IMG/VR virus record: IMGVR_UViG_2856153290_000001
Coordinates: 8,663 to 72,662 of that record
Strand: one strand, 5' to 3'
Length of the DNA stretch: 64,000 nt
Origin: a virus
Taxonomy: Duplodnaviria; Caudoviricetes
The notes below the pieces were generated by a model. The model searched no databases. It saw only the letters and a program-made list of their open reading frames with translations, and was not told the DNA's origin. How positions within the stretch are numbered: the stretch's first letter is position 1; every line of letters begins with the position of its first letter. The translations under genes were made by a program, and so were the position numbers. Shown piece by piece: positions 18,740-28,429 of this stretch.

Positions 18740-19206
18740 ACATCATCGGTATCGACCCCGGCAAGTCCGGCGGTATCGCCTCCATCAACGCTGCCGGACA
18801 GGCAGCCGGCGACGTGATGCCCATCATCGGCAAGGAGATCGACGGCCACGAGCTGGCCCGGATCCTCACCGCGGCCTCTCCCGGACTGGTGATCATCGAG
18901 AAGGTCGGCGCCATGCCCAAGCAGGGCGTGACGTCGACATTCACCTTCGGCGCCGGCTATGGCCGCTTGCTGGGCGTGTGCGAGGCCCTGGGCATTCCGT
19001 ACCGGCTGGTGACCCCGCAGGCCTGGAAGAAGCGCGTGCTCGCCGGTACCGCCAAGGACAAGGATGCTGCCATTGCGTTCGTGAAGCGCGCCTTCCCCAT
19101 GGTCGACCTCACGCCGGGCAAGAAGCGGGTGCCCCACGATGGTATCGCCGATGCCGTATGCCTGGCCGAGTACGGCCGTCAGCTCATGGCCAAGGGGGCG
19201 GCGTGA
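18736..19206 (+). CDS. RuvC-like Holliday junction resolvase
   Basis: IIGIDPGKSGGIA, IIEKV, VTPQAWKK, HDGIADAVCLAEY. Confidence 0.88.
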   Translation: MNIIGIDPGKSGGIASINAAGQAAGDVMPIIGKEIDGHELARILTAASPGLVIIEKVGAMPKQGVTSTFTFGAGYGRLLGVCEALGIPYRLVTPQAWKKRVLAGTAKDKDAAIAFVKRAFPMVDLTPGKKRVPHDGIADAVCLAEYGRQLMAKGAA

Positions 19207-19403
19207 CGGCAACCAAGCTGGAGTGGCAGCGGGTCAGCAACTATTGCATCCGGGCCGGGCAGTACCGCATCGCCAAGGTGGTGCTCGGCGGAGACGAATG
19301 GTTCGAGCTGCATGCCGGCGAAGAGCACCTGGGCATGTGGCGTGGCAATGCGGCTGCCGCGAAACGGGCCGCGCAGAAGCATAACGACGGGTTGAAGGGC
19401 TGA
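19203..19403 (+). CDS. Small hypothetical protein
   Basis: GTG start overlapping the resolvase stop. Confidence 0.5.
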   Translation: MTATKLEWQRVSNYCIRAGQYRIAKVVLGGDEWFELHAGEEHLGMWRGNAAAAKRAAQKHNDGLKG

Positions 19404-19418
19404 CGACTGGGGGTTGGC

Positions 19419-20093
19419 ATGGAGCAGGTTGAGGTAGCAGCCAAGGCAGCGATAGGGCGCCGTCGAAACGGTGGGCCAGGCGTGCCCACCCGGCAAGAGC
19501 AGGTGATGCTCGCTCGCCAGGTGGGCGACAGGTTGCGGGAAGCCAGGGAGATGCAGGGCTATTCGCAGGTCAAGGCCGCCCAGCTGCTGGGGTACGCCAA
19601 CTCCGCCAAGCTGGCCAAGATCGAGCTCGGCAACTACAGCTCGCAGATTCCGCTGTGGGTGGTGAAGCGCGCCGCCCTGCTCTATGACGTCTCCGTCGAC
19701 TACCTGCTGGGTAACACGGAGAGCATGGAGATCGGCGAGAAGCGCAGCCACGCCGCCCGGGATGCCATCATCCTGATGCGTGAGGAGTGGGAGCGCCAAC
19801 GCTGGCGGGACATGATCGCCACCCGCCAGGTGCAGGAGCGCGTCGAAGCCGTCGAGGAGCTGGTCAACCTGATGTCCAAGCAGGTCGGCGAGGCATGCGA
19901 GGCGCTGTCCCGCGTCGAGGAGCTGAACCCGCGCCGCTGGGAGAACGTCAAGGGCGGATCACGCCTGCAGTCCGCCGTCGAGCGTGCCGCCGCCACGGGA
20001 CGCACTGCCGATTCCAAGCTCAAGCGTCTGCATCGCGACGCGCGTTCCGCTGCCGGCGGTGTGCAGCCCGAACTGGAGCTGGTGTACACCTGA
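19419..20093 (+). CDS. HTH_XRE transcription regulator, candidate late-gene activator
   Basis: GDRLREAREMQGYSQVKAAQLLG...VSVDYLLG plus a C-terminal coiled coil. Immediately upstream of terS. Confidence 0.75.
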   Translation: MEQVEVAAKAAIGRRRNGGPGVPTRQEQVMLARQVGDRLREAREMQGYSQVKAAQLLGYANSAKLAKIELGNYSSQIPLWVVKRAALLYDVSVDYLLGNTESMEIGEKRSHAARDAIILMREEWERQRWRDMIATRQVQERVEAVEELVNLMSKQVGEACEALSRVEELNPRRWENVKGGSRLQSAVERAAATGRTADSKLKRLHRDARSAAGGVQPELELVYT

Positions 20094-21070
20094 TGGCGAA
20101 GTTGTCGGAACAGCAGTGGCGCAAGGCGAGGGAAACCTGGGAAGCGGATTCGCGCGACGGCTACGCCTGGCTGATTCGGGAATTGGGGCTCGACGTGTCG
20201 GGCCCTGCCGTGCGCAAGCGCGCCCTCAAGGAGGAGTGGATCAAGGGCGGCAGCGAGGCGAAACCCGCCCGGAAACCGAAAACCCAGAAACCCAAGGCGA
20301 AAACCGGAAACCGGAAACCTCGGCAGAAACCGGAAACCCCCGTCGAGGAGCTGGAAGAGCTGCCGCCCGAGTTGGCAGATAAGGCGGTACCGCTGGAAGA
20401 CGCCGAAACCATCCCCTGGGACGAGGCCGGAGAGGAGGAGGGCGGCGCATCTCACAACTTCACCCTAACGCGCGTATGCACACAATCGCTCGAGGAGGAC
20501 TTCGGCGACAGCCCGCTGCATGAGATCTACGAAACCGATGCCAGCGGCCGCACCAAGTACCGCCGTCAGTACGCACGGCTCGCCTACAAGCATGCCCTGC
20601 TGGGTGCCACGCCCGCCCATGTCGCCAGCCTGCTCGAGGTGACGGAGCGCACCGTCTACGACTGGATGGAAGCGCACCCCGAATTTCGCGCCGCCATGGA
20701 GCAAGGGCGCGTCGACGCCGACGCCAACGTGGCGCGCTCGCTGTACAAGAAGGCCACCGGCTACACGCATCAGGCGGTCAAGGTGTTCCAGTACCAGGGC
20801 GCGCCCGTGGTGGTGCCCTACACCGAGATCGTTCCCCCGGATACCGAGGCGGCGAAGTTCTGGCTCAAGAATCGCCAGCCCGAGCTGTGGAAGGAGAAGG
20901 TCGAGATCGAGGAGAAGCCGAGCATTGCCCTGGTGGATCGCGAAGCTCGCCGGGAGCGCATCGAGGCCGCCCTGGCCAAGGCGGCTCAGGTCGAGCGCGA
21001 GATGCGCAACCGTGCCGACCGCCTGGGGCTGATCATCGACGGCAGCACGGGCGAGGTCGACGATGGCTAA
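20093..21070 (+). CDS. Terminase small subunit (PacA position)
   Basis: HTH VASLLEVTERTVYDWMEAHPEF and PPDTEAAKFWLKNRQPELWKEK. Overlaps terL. Confidence 0.88.
   Translation: MAKLSEQQWRKARETWEADSRDGYAWLIRELGLDVSGPAVRKRALKEEWIKGGSEAKPARKPKTQKPKAKTGNRKPRQKPETPVEELEELPPELADKAVPLEDAETIPWDEAGEEEGGASHNFTLTRVCTQSLEEDFGDSPLHEIYETDASGRTKYRRQYARLAYKHALLGATPAHVASLLEVTERTVYDWMEAHPEFRAAMEQGRVDADANVARSLYKKATGYTHQAVKVFQYQGAPVVVPYTEIVPPDTEAAKFWLKNRQPELWKEKVEIEEKPSIALVDREARRERIEAALAKAAQVEREMRNRADRLGLIIDGSTGEVDDG
20260..20338 (+). repeat. Cluster of nine GAAA(A)CC repeats, candidate pac site
   Basis: Copies start at 20260, 20272, 20278, 20287, 20299, 20307, 20314, 20326 and 20333, in different codon phases. 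Confidence 0.7.
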
Positions 21071-22586
21071 GAAGCGCACCTTGCTGCACGAGGATCCGCG
21101 CTGGGAGGACTTCAGCGACGACTTCGCCGGCGACCTGGTGGGCTTCGCAATCGATGTCGTCGAGCTACCGCCGACGCCCCAGCAGATCACGCTCTACAAC
21201 AGTGTGGCGCCGTCGCGCTCCATGGTCAGCGTGTCGTCGGGACACGGCACGGGCAAGACGACTGCCCTGGCGACCATCGTGCTGTGGCACATGCTGTGCT
21301 ACCCGCAGTCGATCACGCTGCTGACCGCCAACGACATGGCCCAGCTGAAGGCCACGCTGTGGAAGGAGATCGGCCTGGCCGTCGAGCGTATCCGGCGCGG
21401 GCCCTATGGCTGGCTGGCCGAGCATATCGAGATCCTGGCCAATGGCCAGATGCGCATCATCGGCTTCCCCGACACATGGTTCGTCGAGTCCAAGACCGCC
21501 AACGAGAAGACCGCCAACAAGATGGCTGGCCGCCACGGTGAGTGGTTGATGATCATCGGCGACGAGGCGTCGACGCTGCCCGATGCGGTGCTGACCACCC
21601 TGCGCGGGGCGCTGACCGAAGAACACAACCGCATGCTGCTGACCTCGCAGCCGACCCGCAACGCCGGTTTCTTCTATCGGACGCACCACGACCTGAGCAA
21701 GCTCAACGGCGGCGACTGGACACCGCTGGTGTTCTCCTCGCTGGAGTCGCCGCTGGTCAGCGACCAGGCCTTGAAGGAGCTGTGGGACAGCTACGACGAC
21801 GACGAGCGTCGCGTGCGCCTGCTGGGCCAGTTCCCGCAGGAGTCGGGCAAGCACATGATGAACCTGCCCGCGGCCGAGGCCATGTATCGCCGGGGGCGGA
21901 TCATCGGCGACGACGAGCCCTATGGCTGGGTGGTGCTGTCCGACATCGCCAGCGGCGAAGGCCTGCGCGACAAGAGCACCGTTGTGGTCGCCCGCATCAT
22001 CGGTTACGGGGAGCGCGGCCCCGACGCGCGGCGCGTCGAGATCGTGACCGTGCCGGTGCTGACCAACAACGTGCGCAGCAACCGCTTTGCCGGGCTGGTG
22101 GCGGAGAGCGGCGACCCCTACGACGGCGTGACCTACGTGGTGGACTCCGGCGGCCTGGGCATCAACGTCTGCCAGGACCTGGAGGACATGGGCAAGCCCG
22201 TCCACCGCGTCAACTGGGGCAATCCATGCTTCCAGAACAAGAACAAGGATCGCTACATGAACCTGCGGGCACAGGCCATGCACCAGGCCGCGCGCGCCGC
22301 CAAGGAAGGGCGGTTGTCGATCCTGACCGGCGAGCACCGCAAGACCATGCTGTCGCAGTCGAGCCGTATCCCGAAGACCTTCACCGACAAGGGGCGGATT
22401 CGCGTGCCGCCGAAGCACAGCAAGGAGTGGGAGGGCATGCCATCCCCCGACCTGTGGGACGCCGTGTGCTTTGCCTTCCTGGAGGGGTTGATCTACACCG
22501 CCAGCCAGGAAGGCGACGGCGACGGGCGCTCGCTGGGCGACTCGCTGGAGAGCGAGGCCGAAGCCTTGTTCGACGACGTGGTGTAA
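21063..22586 (+). CDS. pacB: Terminase large subunit, P1 PacB-like
   Basis: DPRW, VSVSSGHGTGKT (Walker A), IIGDEAS (Walker B), SQPTR, SPDLWDAVCFA, collinear with P1 PacB as recalled. Confidence 0.93.
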   Translation: MAKKRTLLHEDPRWEDFSDDFAGDLVGFAIDVVELPPTPQQITLYNSVAPSRSMVSVSSGHGTGKTTALATIVLWHMLCYPQSITLLTANDMAQLKATLWKEIGLAVERIRRGPYGWLAEHIEILANGQMRIIGFPDTWFVESKTANEKTANKMAGRHGEWLMIIGDEASTLPDAVLTTLRGALTEEHNRMLLTSQPTRNAGFFYRTHHDLSKLNGGDWTPLVFSSLESPLVSDQALKELWDSYDDDERRVRLLGQFPQESGKHMMNLPAAEAMYRRGRIIGDDEPYGWVVLSDIASGEGLRDKSTVVVARIIGYGERGPDARRVEIVTVPVLTNNVRSNRFAGLVAESGDPYDGVTYVVDSGGLGINVCQDLEDMGKPVHRVNWGNPCFQNKNKDRYMNLRAQAMHQAARAAKEGRLSILTGEHRKTMLSQSSRIPKTFTDKGRIRVPPKHSKEWEGMPSPDLWDAVCFAFLEGLIYTASQEGDGDGRSLGDSLESEAEALFDDVV

Positions 22587-22617
22587 CATATCGGCTTCAG
22601 GGGATAGAAGGGATCTA

Positions 22618-23703
22618 ATGATGAAAACAGGAGTGATGGCAGCGCTTTTTGCAGGAGTGGTGGCGACCACCGCTTATGCCGAGCCGCTGTTTGAAGTGAA
22701 CGAAAGGCTGGCGGATATCGAAGCGCGGCAACAGGCAGAGCGCCATGCCGCCCAGTCCACTACCAGACAGAGCGAGGCAATTGCCGAGGAGCGTCAGCGT
22801 GCGGCAGACAGAGCAAGGGCTGAACGAGAGCGCCTGAATGCCGAGCACGAGCGCCGGCAGCAGGAAGTTCGCCAGTCGAGAGAGCAGGCCGTGTCCGCCT
22901 GGGAGAACGCCCCTCGCCTGAATGACCGTCAGGCCCAGTTCATCAACGATGTCTTCGGAGGTGTCTACTCCCAATCAGACGAGTACGTTGCGGGCATCGG
23001 CCGCGTGTCGCAGTCCATGCTCAGGGTGGGGGTCGAAGGTGGTCGGCTCCACATGGCATTCGCCAACCGATCGCTGAATCCCGTCGTTGAATCCATCGAT
23101 GAGGAGAATCGCTCGTTCAACTTCCGCATCGGCGGGGGAAGGCTGGCCACAATGCAGCGCTCCCCCAATATGGCGGTTCTGACGGGGTATAACGGCACCC
23201 AATACCTCTATTTCGTGCGCAGCCTCGCCGGAGAGGATCGTGAGCGGCTTGGAATGCCGCGCCAGGGGGTGGCAGCAGGTAGTGGCGGGCAGCCCCAGGC
23301 TGCTCAGGGCGCCCGCTCGGGCTCCGCAATTCTGACCGGCGACCAGGTGCAGCAGATCACTGCCATGATGCTTGATGCCTACCGGGACGGCCGGGCCGAA
23401 GAAATGTATCGCACCGAGATGCAGTGCTGGGTAGATGTGCCTGCCGGCGGCGGGCAGCGTGACGTGACCATGGAGGCGTGTGCCGTGGCTAACTTTGCCG
23501 CTACGGTTATTGAGGTTGCGAATGCCGACGAGCAAGGTCGCCGCCCGCATGCTGAGTACGATGCTGACGAGGCGATGAGCCGCGTCCTATCCCAGTGGTC
23601 TGCGCATGGCATGGAGGAGTCAGCGCTATCTGAGCGCCTGATGCAATCAGTGGATGCCAACATGAACACCATCGTTGCTGCACTGGAAGCGGCAGGAATG
23701 TAG
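22618..23703 (+). CDS. Secreted/periplasmic accessory protein (moron)
   Basis: Sec signal MMKTGVMAALFAGVVATTAYA|EP, coiled coil and atypical codon usage. Confidence 0.7.
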   Translation: MMKTGVMAALFAGVVATTAYAEPLFEVNERLADIEARQQAERHAAQSTTRQSEAIAEERQRAADRARAERERLNAEHERRQQEVRQSREQAVSAWENAPRLNDRQAQFINDVFGGVYSQSDEYVAGIGRVSQSMLRVGVEGGRLHMAFANRSLNPVVESIDEENRSFNFRIGGGRLATMQRSPNMAVLTGYNGTQYLYFVRSLAGEDRERLGMPRQGVAAGSGGQPQAAQGARSGSAILTGDQVQQITAMMLDAYRDGRAEEMYRTEMQCWVDVPAGGGQRDVTMEACAVANFAATVIEVANADEQGRRPHAEYDADEAMSRVLSQWSAHGMEESALSERLMQSVDANMNTIVAALEAAGM

Positions 23704-23737
23704 GCCAGGACGCCGCGCTCTACCTGCCGAGAGGCTG

Positions 23738-24097
23738 ATGATGACGGCGACATTGAACGAGGTGCGAACGATGCACATCGGAAGCAAGAGCGAGATTGCT
23801 GCGACGGTAGGCGCACAAGCCAGGAGTCGGCAGCCCGGCGACATCGAGCGGGCCCTGGCCGCCAGGGTGTTCGGGGCCGTTGACGACGAGGCCGGCCAGC
23901 TGCTGACGACCGGCTGCGAGCCCGTCGAGGAGACCGAACCCCTGACCCTGGAGCGCCTCACCGAGATGGTCGACCGCCTGAGGCTTCGCAATCAGTCCGA
24001 AAGCCCGTTCCCGCCCAGCCATCCGCTGCACGGCGCCTGGGAGATTACCGAGAGGCGCCGCCGGGACTGGTTGATGGCGGTGGATCCGTCATGCTGA
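23738..24097 (+). CDS. Hypothetical protein
   Basis: GAGG before ATGATG at 23738. The start is uncertain. Confidence 0.45.
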   Translation: MMTATLNEVRTMHIGSKSEIAATVGAQARSRQPGDIERALAARVFGAVDDEAGQLLTTGCEPVEETEPLTLERLTEMVDRLRLRNQSESPFPPSHPLHGAWEITERRRRDWLMAVDPSC

Positions 24098-24261
24098 GGC
24101 TGGTATCTCAGTGGTTGAGGCGGCGGGTGGCGCAAGACGATGCCCTGGACGAGCGTGACCTGCCCGACGCCGACCTTCGCAATCCGTTCGAGGGCGACTG
24201 GCTGGACGCTCACGAGCGCGCCACCGGCGAGCGCGTTCGTCTTTCCGCCCCGGGCCATGTA

Positions 24262-24302
24262 GGAAAACCCGACCGGGAGCGGTGACACCCCTCCCGCATC
24301 AT
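24262..24302 (+). promoter_or_regulatory. Putative late promoter (GGAAAA-N29-CATCAT)
   Basis: One of 7 copies with identical spacing. Upstream of the protease gene. Confidence 0.7.
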
Positions 24303-24335
24303 GCCCCCATGGGAGTCAACCGTGAGGGCATCACC

Positions 24336-25157
24336 ATGCAGCAACCTCCGCTGATCAAGTACAACCTGAAGGAGCGTGGCCGCCAGTTCCGTGGCGTGGA
24401 GCGCAACTTCGACATTCCGGCCATCGTGGCCAGCGTCAACAGTCCCGCCACGCAGGAGCGCGTGGCCACGCGCGGCATGTTGGGCTACTTCGGCCATTGG
24501 CCGCGCGTGCGCTTCGGCATGGAGCCCGCCGAGGGCGGCATGGCCGATGGCAAGGCCCAAGCCGTCGAGCCGGCGGTGGTCACCACCCATCTGCGGGCCT
24601 ACGACGACGGCACCATCGAGCACCAGACCGAGTTCCTGGACACCGCCACCGGGCAACTGGCGTCGCGCATGTACGCCAATCGCGTCGGCGGCTTCTCGTC
24701 TGCCATCGACCCGCGCAAGCCTGAGCTCTACGGCTTCGACTGGGTGAACGACCCGAACTACTCGACCAACCGGGGCTATGACCTGGTGCTGGACAGCGTG
24801 ACCAGCGGCGAAATGTCCTTCGATGACGTGCTGGCGGCCGAGCACGCCGACCAGATGGACGCCATGAACCGGCTGTTCGAGATGATGGACGCCAGCATGC
24901 GCCTGGCCCTGGATTCCGCCGCCCGCTTCGAGCGCGAGAACAGCGAGCTGCTCGATCTGCTGAGCAAGCACGAAGAGGCTGGCAAGGCCGTGCTGACCGA
25001 CAGCGCGGCCACGCCCCGCGACGTGACCAAGCAGCTGGAGCGCGACCGCCAGTTCTTCATGGACAGCGCGCTGCCGCGCTTCCAGGATCCCGAGGCGAAA
25101 GTGGAGAACGACCGCGACTACCTGCGCCTGAAGCGTCGGATGTTCCTCCATGTTTGA
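24336..25157 (+). CDS. pro: Head maturation protease, P1 Pro-like
   Basis: MLGYFGHWPR, DGTIEHQTEFLDT, VGGFSSA, GFDWVNDPNY, matching P1 Pro GYYGH...GGWSWA...DYVTTPNY as recalled. Confidence 0.85.
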   Translation: MQQPPLIKYNLKERGRQFRGVERNFDIPAIVASVNSPATQERVATRGMLGYFGHWPRVRFGMEPAEGGMADGKAQAVEPAVVTTHLRAYDDGTIEHQTEFLDTATGQLASRMYANRVGGFSSAIDPRKPELYGFDWVNDPNYSTNRGYDLVLDSVTSGEMSFDDVLAAEHADQMDAMNRLFEMMDASMRLALDSAARFERENSELLDLLSKHEEAGKAVLTDSAATPRDVTKQLERDRQFFMDSALPRFQDPEAKVENDRDYLRLKRRMFLHV

Positions 25158-25875
25158 GCCGGTCAAGGCCGGGCTCGGCGAGTTCATGCAGGCGTTCTAT
25201 GCCGAGGTGGTGCCGACCACGCGCCCCCTGGTCGAATTCGTCGAGCGCGGCTTCCCGTACTGCGTAGCCTGGGCGCCGACGCGCATGGTCGACCGGGCCG
25301 AGGAGATGCTGGCCGCCTACCAGCGCAACGACACGCGCCAGGGGCCGACACGGCCGCCCGACCTGCCGGTCATCCTGGTGGCCGTGGCCAAGGACTGGGT
25401 GCCGGCCGGCCGCGAGTTCACGACGCAGATCGCCGACCCGGTGGACATCACCTTTCCCGACGACCCGAAACAGCGCTACTTCCGCGTCAAGGCAGTGGCC
25501 GGCGACGTCAGGGCGCAGGTGGCCATCTTCGCCAGCGACGAGCCGACGGCCAAGAGCCTGGCCGCCCAGCTGCTGCTGTTCCTCGACTCGCCGAGCCGGC
25601 GCCGCTTCCTGGCGCGCTACCCGTTCGCCGGCCTCGAGCACGAGTACCCGGCTCAGGTGGAGGCGCCCGACAACCCGGCCTCGAGCATCGACACCGGCAG
25701 CCAGAACCTGACCGTGCTGGCCGTCGACCTGACGCTGAAGTGCACGGTACCCATCTTCATGGCGCCCAAGGCCGGCGAGCCCAACGACGGCAAGGGCACG
25801 CCCGGTACCGACGACCCGGCGGGCTACCCGCTCACCAACGAGGTCGATGCCGTCGGCCAGGAGCCGAGCCCATGA
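25150..25875 (+). CDS. Tail terminator/neck protein, P1 gp24-like
   Basis: Size, PDLPVILVA motif and position among P1-like tail genes. Confidence 0.55.
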   Translation: MFEPVKAGLGEFMQAFYAEVVPTTRPLVEFVERGFPYCVAWAPTRMVDRAEEMLAAYQRNDTRQGPTRPPDLPVILVAVAKDWVPAGREFTTQIADPVDITFPDDPKQRYFRVKAVAGDVRAQVAIFASDEPTAKSLAAQLLLFLDSPSRRRFLARYPFAGLEHEYPAQVEAPDNPASSIDTGSQNLTVLAVDLTLKCTVPIFMAPKAGEPNDGKGTPGTDDPAGYPLTNEVDAVGQEPSP

Positions 25876-26357
25876 TCGAGCTGCAAGCCAATATCGCCGG
25901 CTATGCCGGCCGTCCGGCCACGGTGTTCGCCGCCTATGACGAAGACACCGGCATCCTGGTGGTGGCCGCGTCCGTCGACCTGCGCCCGCGGCGACCTGGC
26001 TGCGTGCTGATCGAGACCGAGACCCGGGCCGACCGGGACTCGCTGTTCGCCTACACCGACCTGAGAGAGGCCATCACCGCCTACTACGACCTGAAGGGCA
26101 GTGTGGCGTCCGATGGTCGCAGCGCCAGGCTGCGCTTCGCCGAGCGCGCCATGCGGGCCGATCCGGCAGGCGGTATCGAGATGGATGGCGTCGACGTCAC
26201 GGGGCCGCTCTACCGCATCTCCCCGGACACCGGCAATGCGCAGGTCGGCGCCCTGGCGCTGTGCCGCTACGTCAAGCGCTACTCCGCGGTGGCCGATGTC
26301 GTCAACATGGCCGACGACCTGAACAATCTGCTGTCCGGCAGGGTGGTGACCATATGA
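25872..26357 (+). CDS. P1-like morphogenesis protein
   Basis: GYAGRPATVFAAYDEDTGILVV resembles a P1 tail-region protein. Confidence 0.55.
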   Translation: MIELQANIAGYAGRPATVFAAYDEDTGILVVAASVDLRPRRPGCVLIETETRADRDSLFAYTDLREAITAYYDLKGSVASDGRSARLRFAERAMRADPAGGIEMDGVDVTGPLYRISPDTGNAQVGALALCRYVKRYSAVADVVNMADDLNNLLSGRVVTI

Positions 26358-26692
26358 GCGTCGACCATCACAGCCAGGCCGCGCGCGTCTACTACCGCCT
26401 GGTGCGCGACTTCGCCCAGTCGGTGCAGCCCTGGGAGCAGGCCATCTATCACGACGTGGCGCCCGACGAGCGCTGGGACATCACGCTGACCGCGCGCAAG
26501 GTCTACGGCGATGCCGGTGAGTTTCTGGCCGTCATGGCCGCCGCCGGGCTGGATTCCGTCGACCAGCCTCTGGAGCAGCAGCGCCTGGTGCTGCCCACCG
26601 CTGACCGCCTGCGCGCGTTCAAGCGCCGCGCCGGTTTCGAGTCGCGCGCCGACCACCGCAAGGGCGGCCGCCCGACGTGGAGGACTGACTGA
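26354..26692 (+). CDS. Baseplate LysM-like protein, P1 gp26-like
   Basis: VAPDERWDITLTARKVYG...MAAAGLD...LVLPT. Confidence 0.75.
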   Translation: MSVDHHSQAARVYYRLVRDFAQSVQPWEQAIYHDVAPDERWDITLTARKVYGDAGEFLAVMAAAGLDSVDQPLEQQRLVLPTADRLRAFKRRAGFESRADHRKGGRPTWRTD

Positions 26693-27747
26693 TGGCCGGA
26701 GACCGGCGAGCCATAGGCCGCTTGAGCGGCAGTGCCGGCGAGGCGCGCGCCCGCGCCCGCCAGGACGCCGACGAGCGCAGAGCGGCGCCCAACATCCTCA
26801 ACCCCAACGAGGTGCGCGGCGACTACGACGCCGGCCGCCTGCTGATGACCACCCTGGGCGGACAGGTGCGGCCGATCACCGCCGACGACCTGGCCATGTT
26901 CCGCCACAACGCCCGCATGGCCGGTCAGCGCTTCAAGGGCGGCATCACGGCACGCCAGGTGGTCGACATGTCGCTGTTCGATGACCGGAAACGCGCCCGC
27001 CGCCAGATCACCACCGCGGTACCGACGGCCGGCCGAGGCCTGCGCGGCAGCAACGGCCAGGTGAGCTCCCTGGAGGTGCGCTTCATCACCAACGCGGGGC
27101 CGGACAGCGACGTCAGCCGCCACCACGTCACCGTGGAGTTCACCGGCTACCAGACGGCCATCGCGTCCGGCGCGGAGTCGCCCCAGCGGGCCGCCGCCCG
27201 CCTGCGCAAAGAGGGCGTGCGCTTCGACTGCGACTGCGGTCGGCACCGCTACTGGTTTCGCTACATCGCCACCATCGGCCGCTACAACGCCGGCCGGCCG
27301 GAGACCGGCTATCCCAAGATCCGTAACCCGAAGCTCAACGGCGTGGCCTGCAAGCACGTGCTGCGCGTCATGGCCGAGATCGAGGGCGGCAGCGCCGTGC
27401 AGGCCTTCCTGGCCCGCGCCATCGCCAAGGGGCGCCAATCCGAGGATGGCGCCGGCCATATCCGCCAGCGGCAGCAGGAGGCCGAGCGCCTGGCCGAGAA
27501 ACAGGCTAGGCGCCCCCGGGGAGGGCCATCCAGTACCGGCGACCGCGACTACGACCGTGCACGGCGCGCGCTGCGCCGGCAGAGCCGGGCGACCACCACC
27601 AAGCCCAAGCGCACGGCCAGCGGCAGCAAGCGCATGCAGGCCCTGGGTGCGACGCCCGGCGCTAGGGATAAGCTGGTAGAGGCAGCCAGGCAGCTGGGCC
27701 TAACGCCAGAACAGGCTGTCGCCATTCTTCAGGGAGGTAAGCGGTAA
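26692..27747 (+). CDS. SWIM Zn-finger tail protein, P1 gp25-like
   Basis: FDCDCGRHRYWFRYIAT...PKIRNPKLNGVACKHVL. Confidence 0.85.
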   Translation: MAGDRRAIGRLSGSAGEARARARQDADERRAAPNILNPNEVRGDYDAGRLLMTTLGGQVRPITADDLAMFRHNARMAGQRFKGGITARQVVDMSLFDDRKRARRQITTAVPTAGRGLRGSNGQVSSLEVRFITNAGPDSDVSRHHVTVEFTGYQTAIASGAESPQRAAARLRKEGVRFDCDCGRHRYWFRYIATIGRYNAGRPETGYPKIRNPKLNGVACKHVLRVMAEIEGGSAVQAFLARAIAKGRQSEDGAGHIRQRQQEAERLAEKQARRPRGGPSSTGDRDYDRARRALRRQSRATTTKPKRTASGSKRMQALGATPGARDKLVEAARQLGLTPEQAVAILQGGKR

Positions 27748-28271
27748 TGCTCAACAACGTGCCGTCCGGCATCAATGCCATGGCCCGCAACGTCATCATC
27801 CGGCATCCCAACGCCTACAACTGCGAGGTCTATCGCCGCCAGATCGGCCGCCCCGACCCGGAAGCCGGCGGCGCGCCGACGCTGGGCGGCATGATGGTGC
27901 TCAACCCCGAGGACGAGGACGACATCCGCTGGGAGATGGTCGGCCTGGGCTTCGCCTTGCCGGCCGAGCAGTTCCAACCGTCGCAGATGATGGACCGGCG
28001 CGACGCCAACAACGGCTATGCCGACGAGCTGCGCTTCCTGATCGAGCCCGAGGAGATGATCGGCGAGCCCGGCGGCTTCGAGGTCAAGAACCGCGACGTC
28101 ATCTACCTGCGGCTGGGGGAGGGCGAGCAGGCGCCGAAGATCGCCTACGAGATCATCGCCGTCGAGGCCGTGGTCAACGTGCCGCCCTTCGTGCCGCGCT
28201 ACGTCGTCAACCGCCGCGACGACCTGGACATCCTCGATCCCGACGAGCCGGAAGACGACGAAATCGCCTGA
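27747..28271 (+). CDS. Putative head-tail joining protein
   Basis: GGAGG RBS, acidic and beta-rich, in the structural operon. Confidence 0.55.
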   Translation: MLNNVPSGINAMARNVIIRHPNAYNCEVYRRQIGRPDPEAGGAPTLGGMMVLNPEDEDDIRWEMVGLGFALPAEQFQPSQMMDRRDANNGYADELRFLIEPEEMIGEPGGFEVKNRDVIYLRLGEGEQAPKIAYEIIAVEAVVNVPPFVPRYVVNRRDDLDILDPDEPEDDEIA

Positions 28272-28292
28272 TCCTTGCTGCTGTCGACCGTT

Positions 28293-28315
28293 GCCGGCCA
28301 CGCGCCGGCTTTTTT
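28293..28315 (+). terminator. Intrinsic terminator
   Basis: GCCGGC-CACGC-GCCGGC-TTTTTT. Confidence 0.75.
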
Positions 28316-28329
28316 GTGCCCGCAAACCC

Positions 28330-28370
28330 GGAAAATCGCCCGCCGACCCGTCCGGGAGCGGGCTCAGACT
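28330..28370 (+). promoter_or_regulatory. Putative late promoter (GGAAAA-N29-CAGACT)
   Basis: Conserved motif right after the terminator and upstream of the capsid gene. Confidence 0.72.
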
Positions 28371-28429
28371 CACCCTATCCGGCCACCTGGTCGGCCTTGC
28401 ACCTACCGTAGAGCAAAGGAGAGAGGGCT

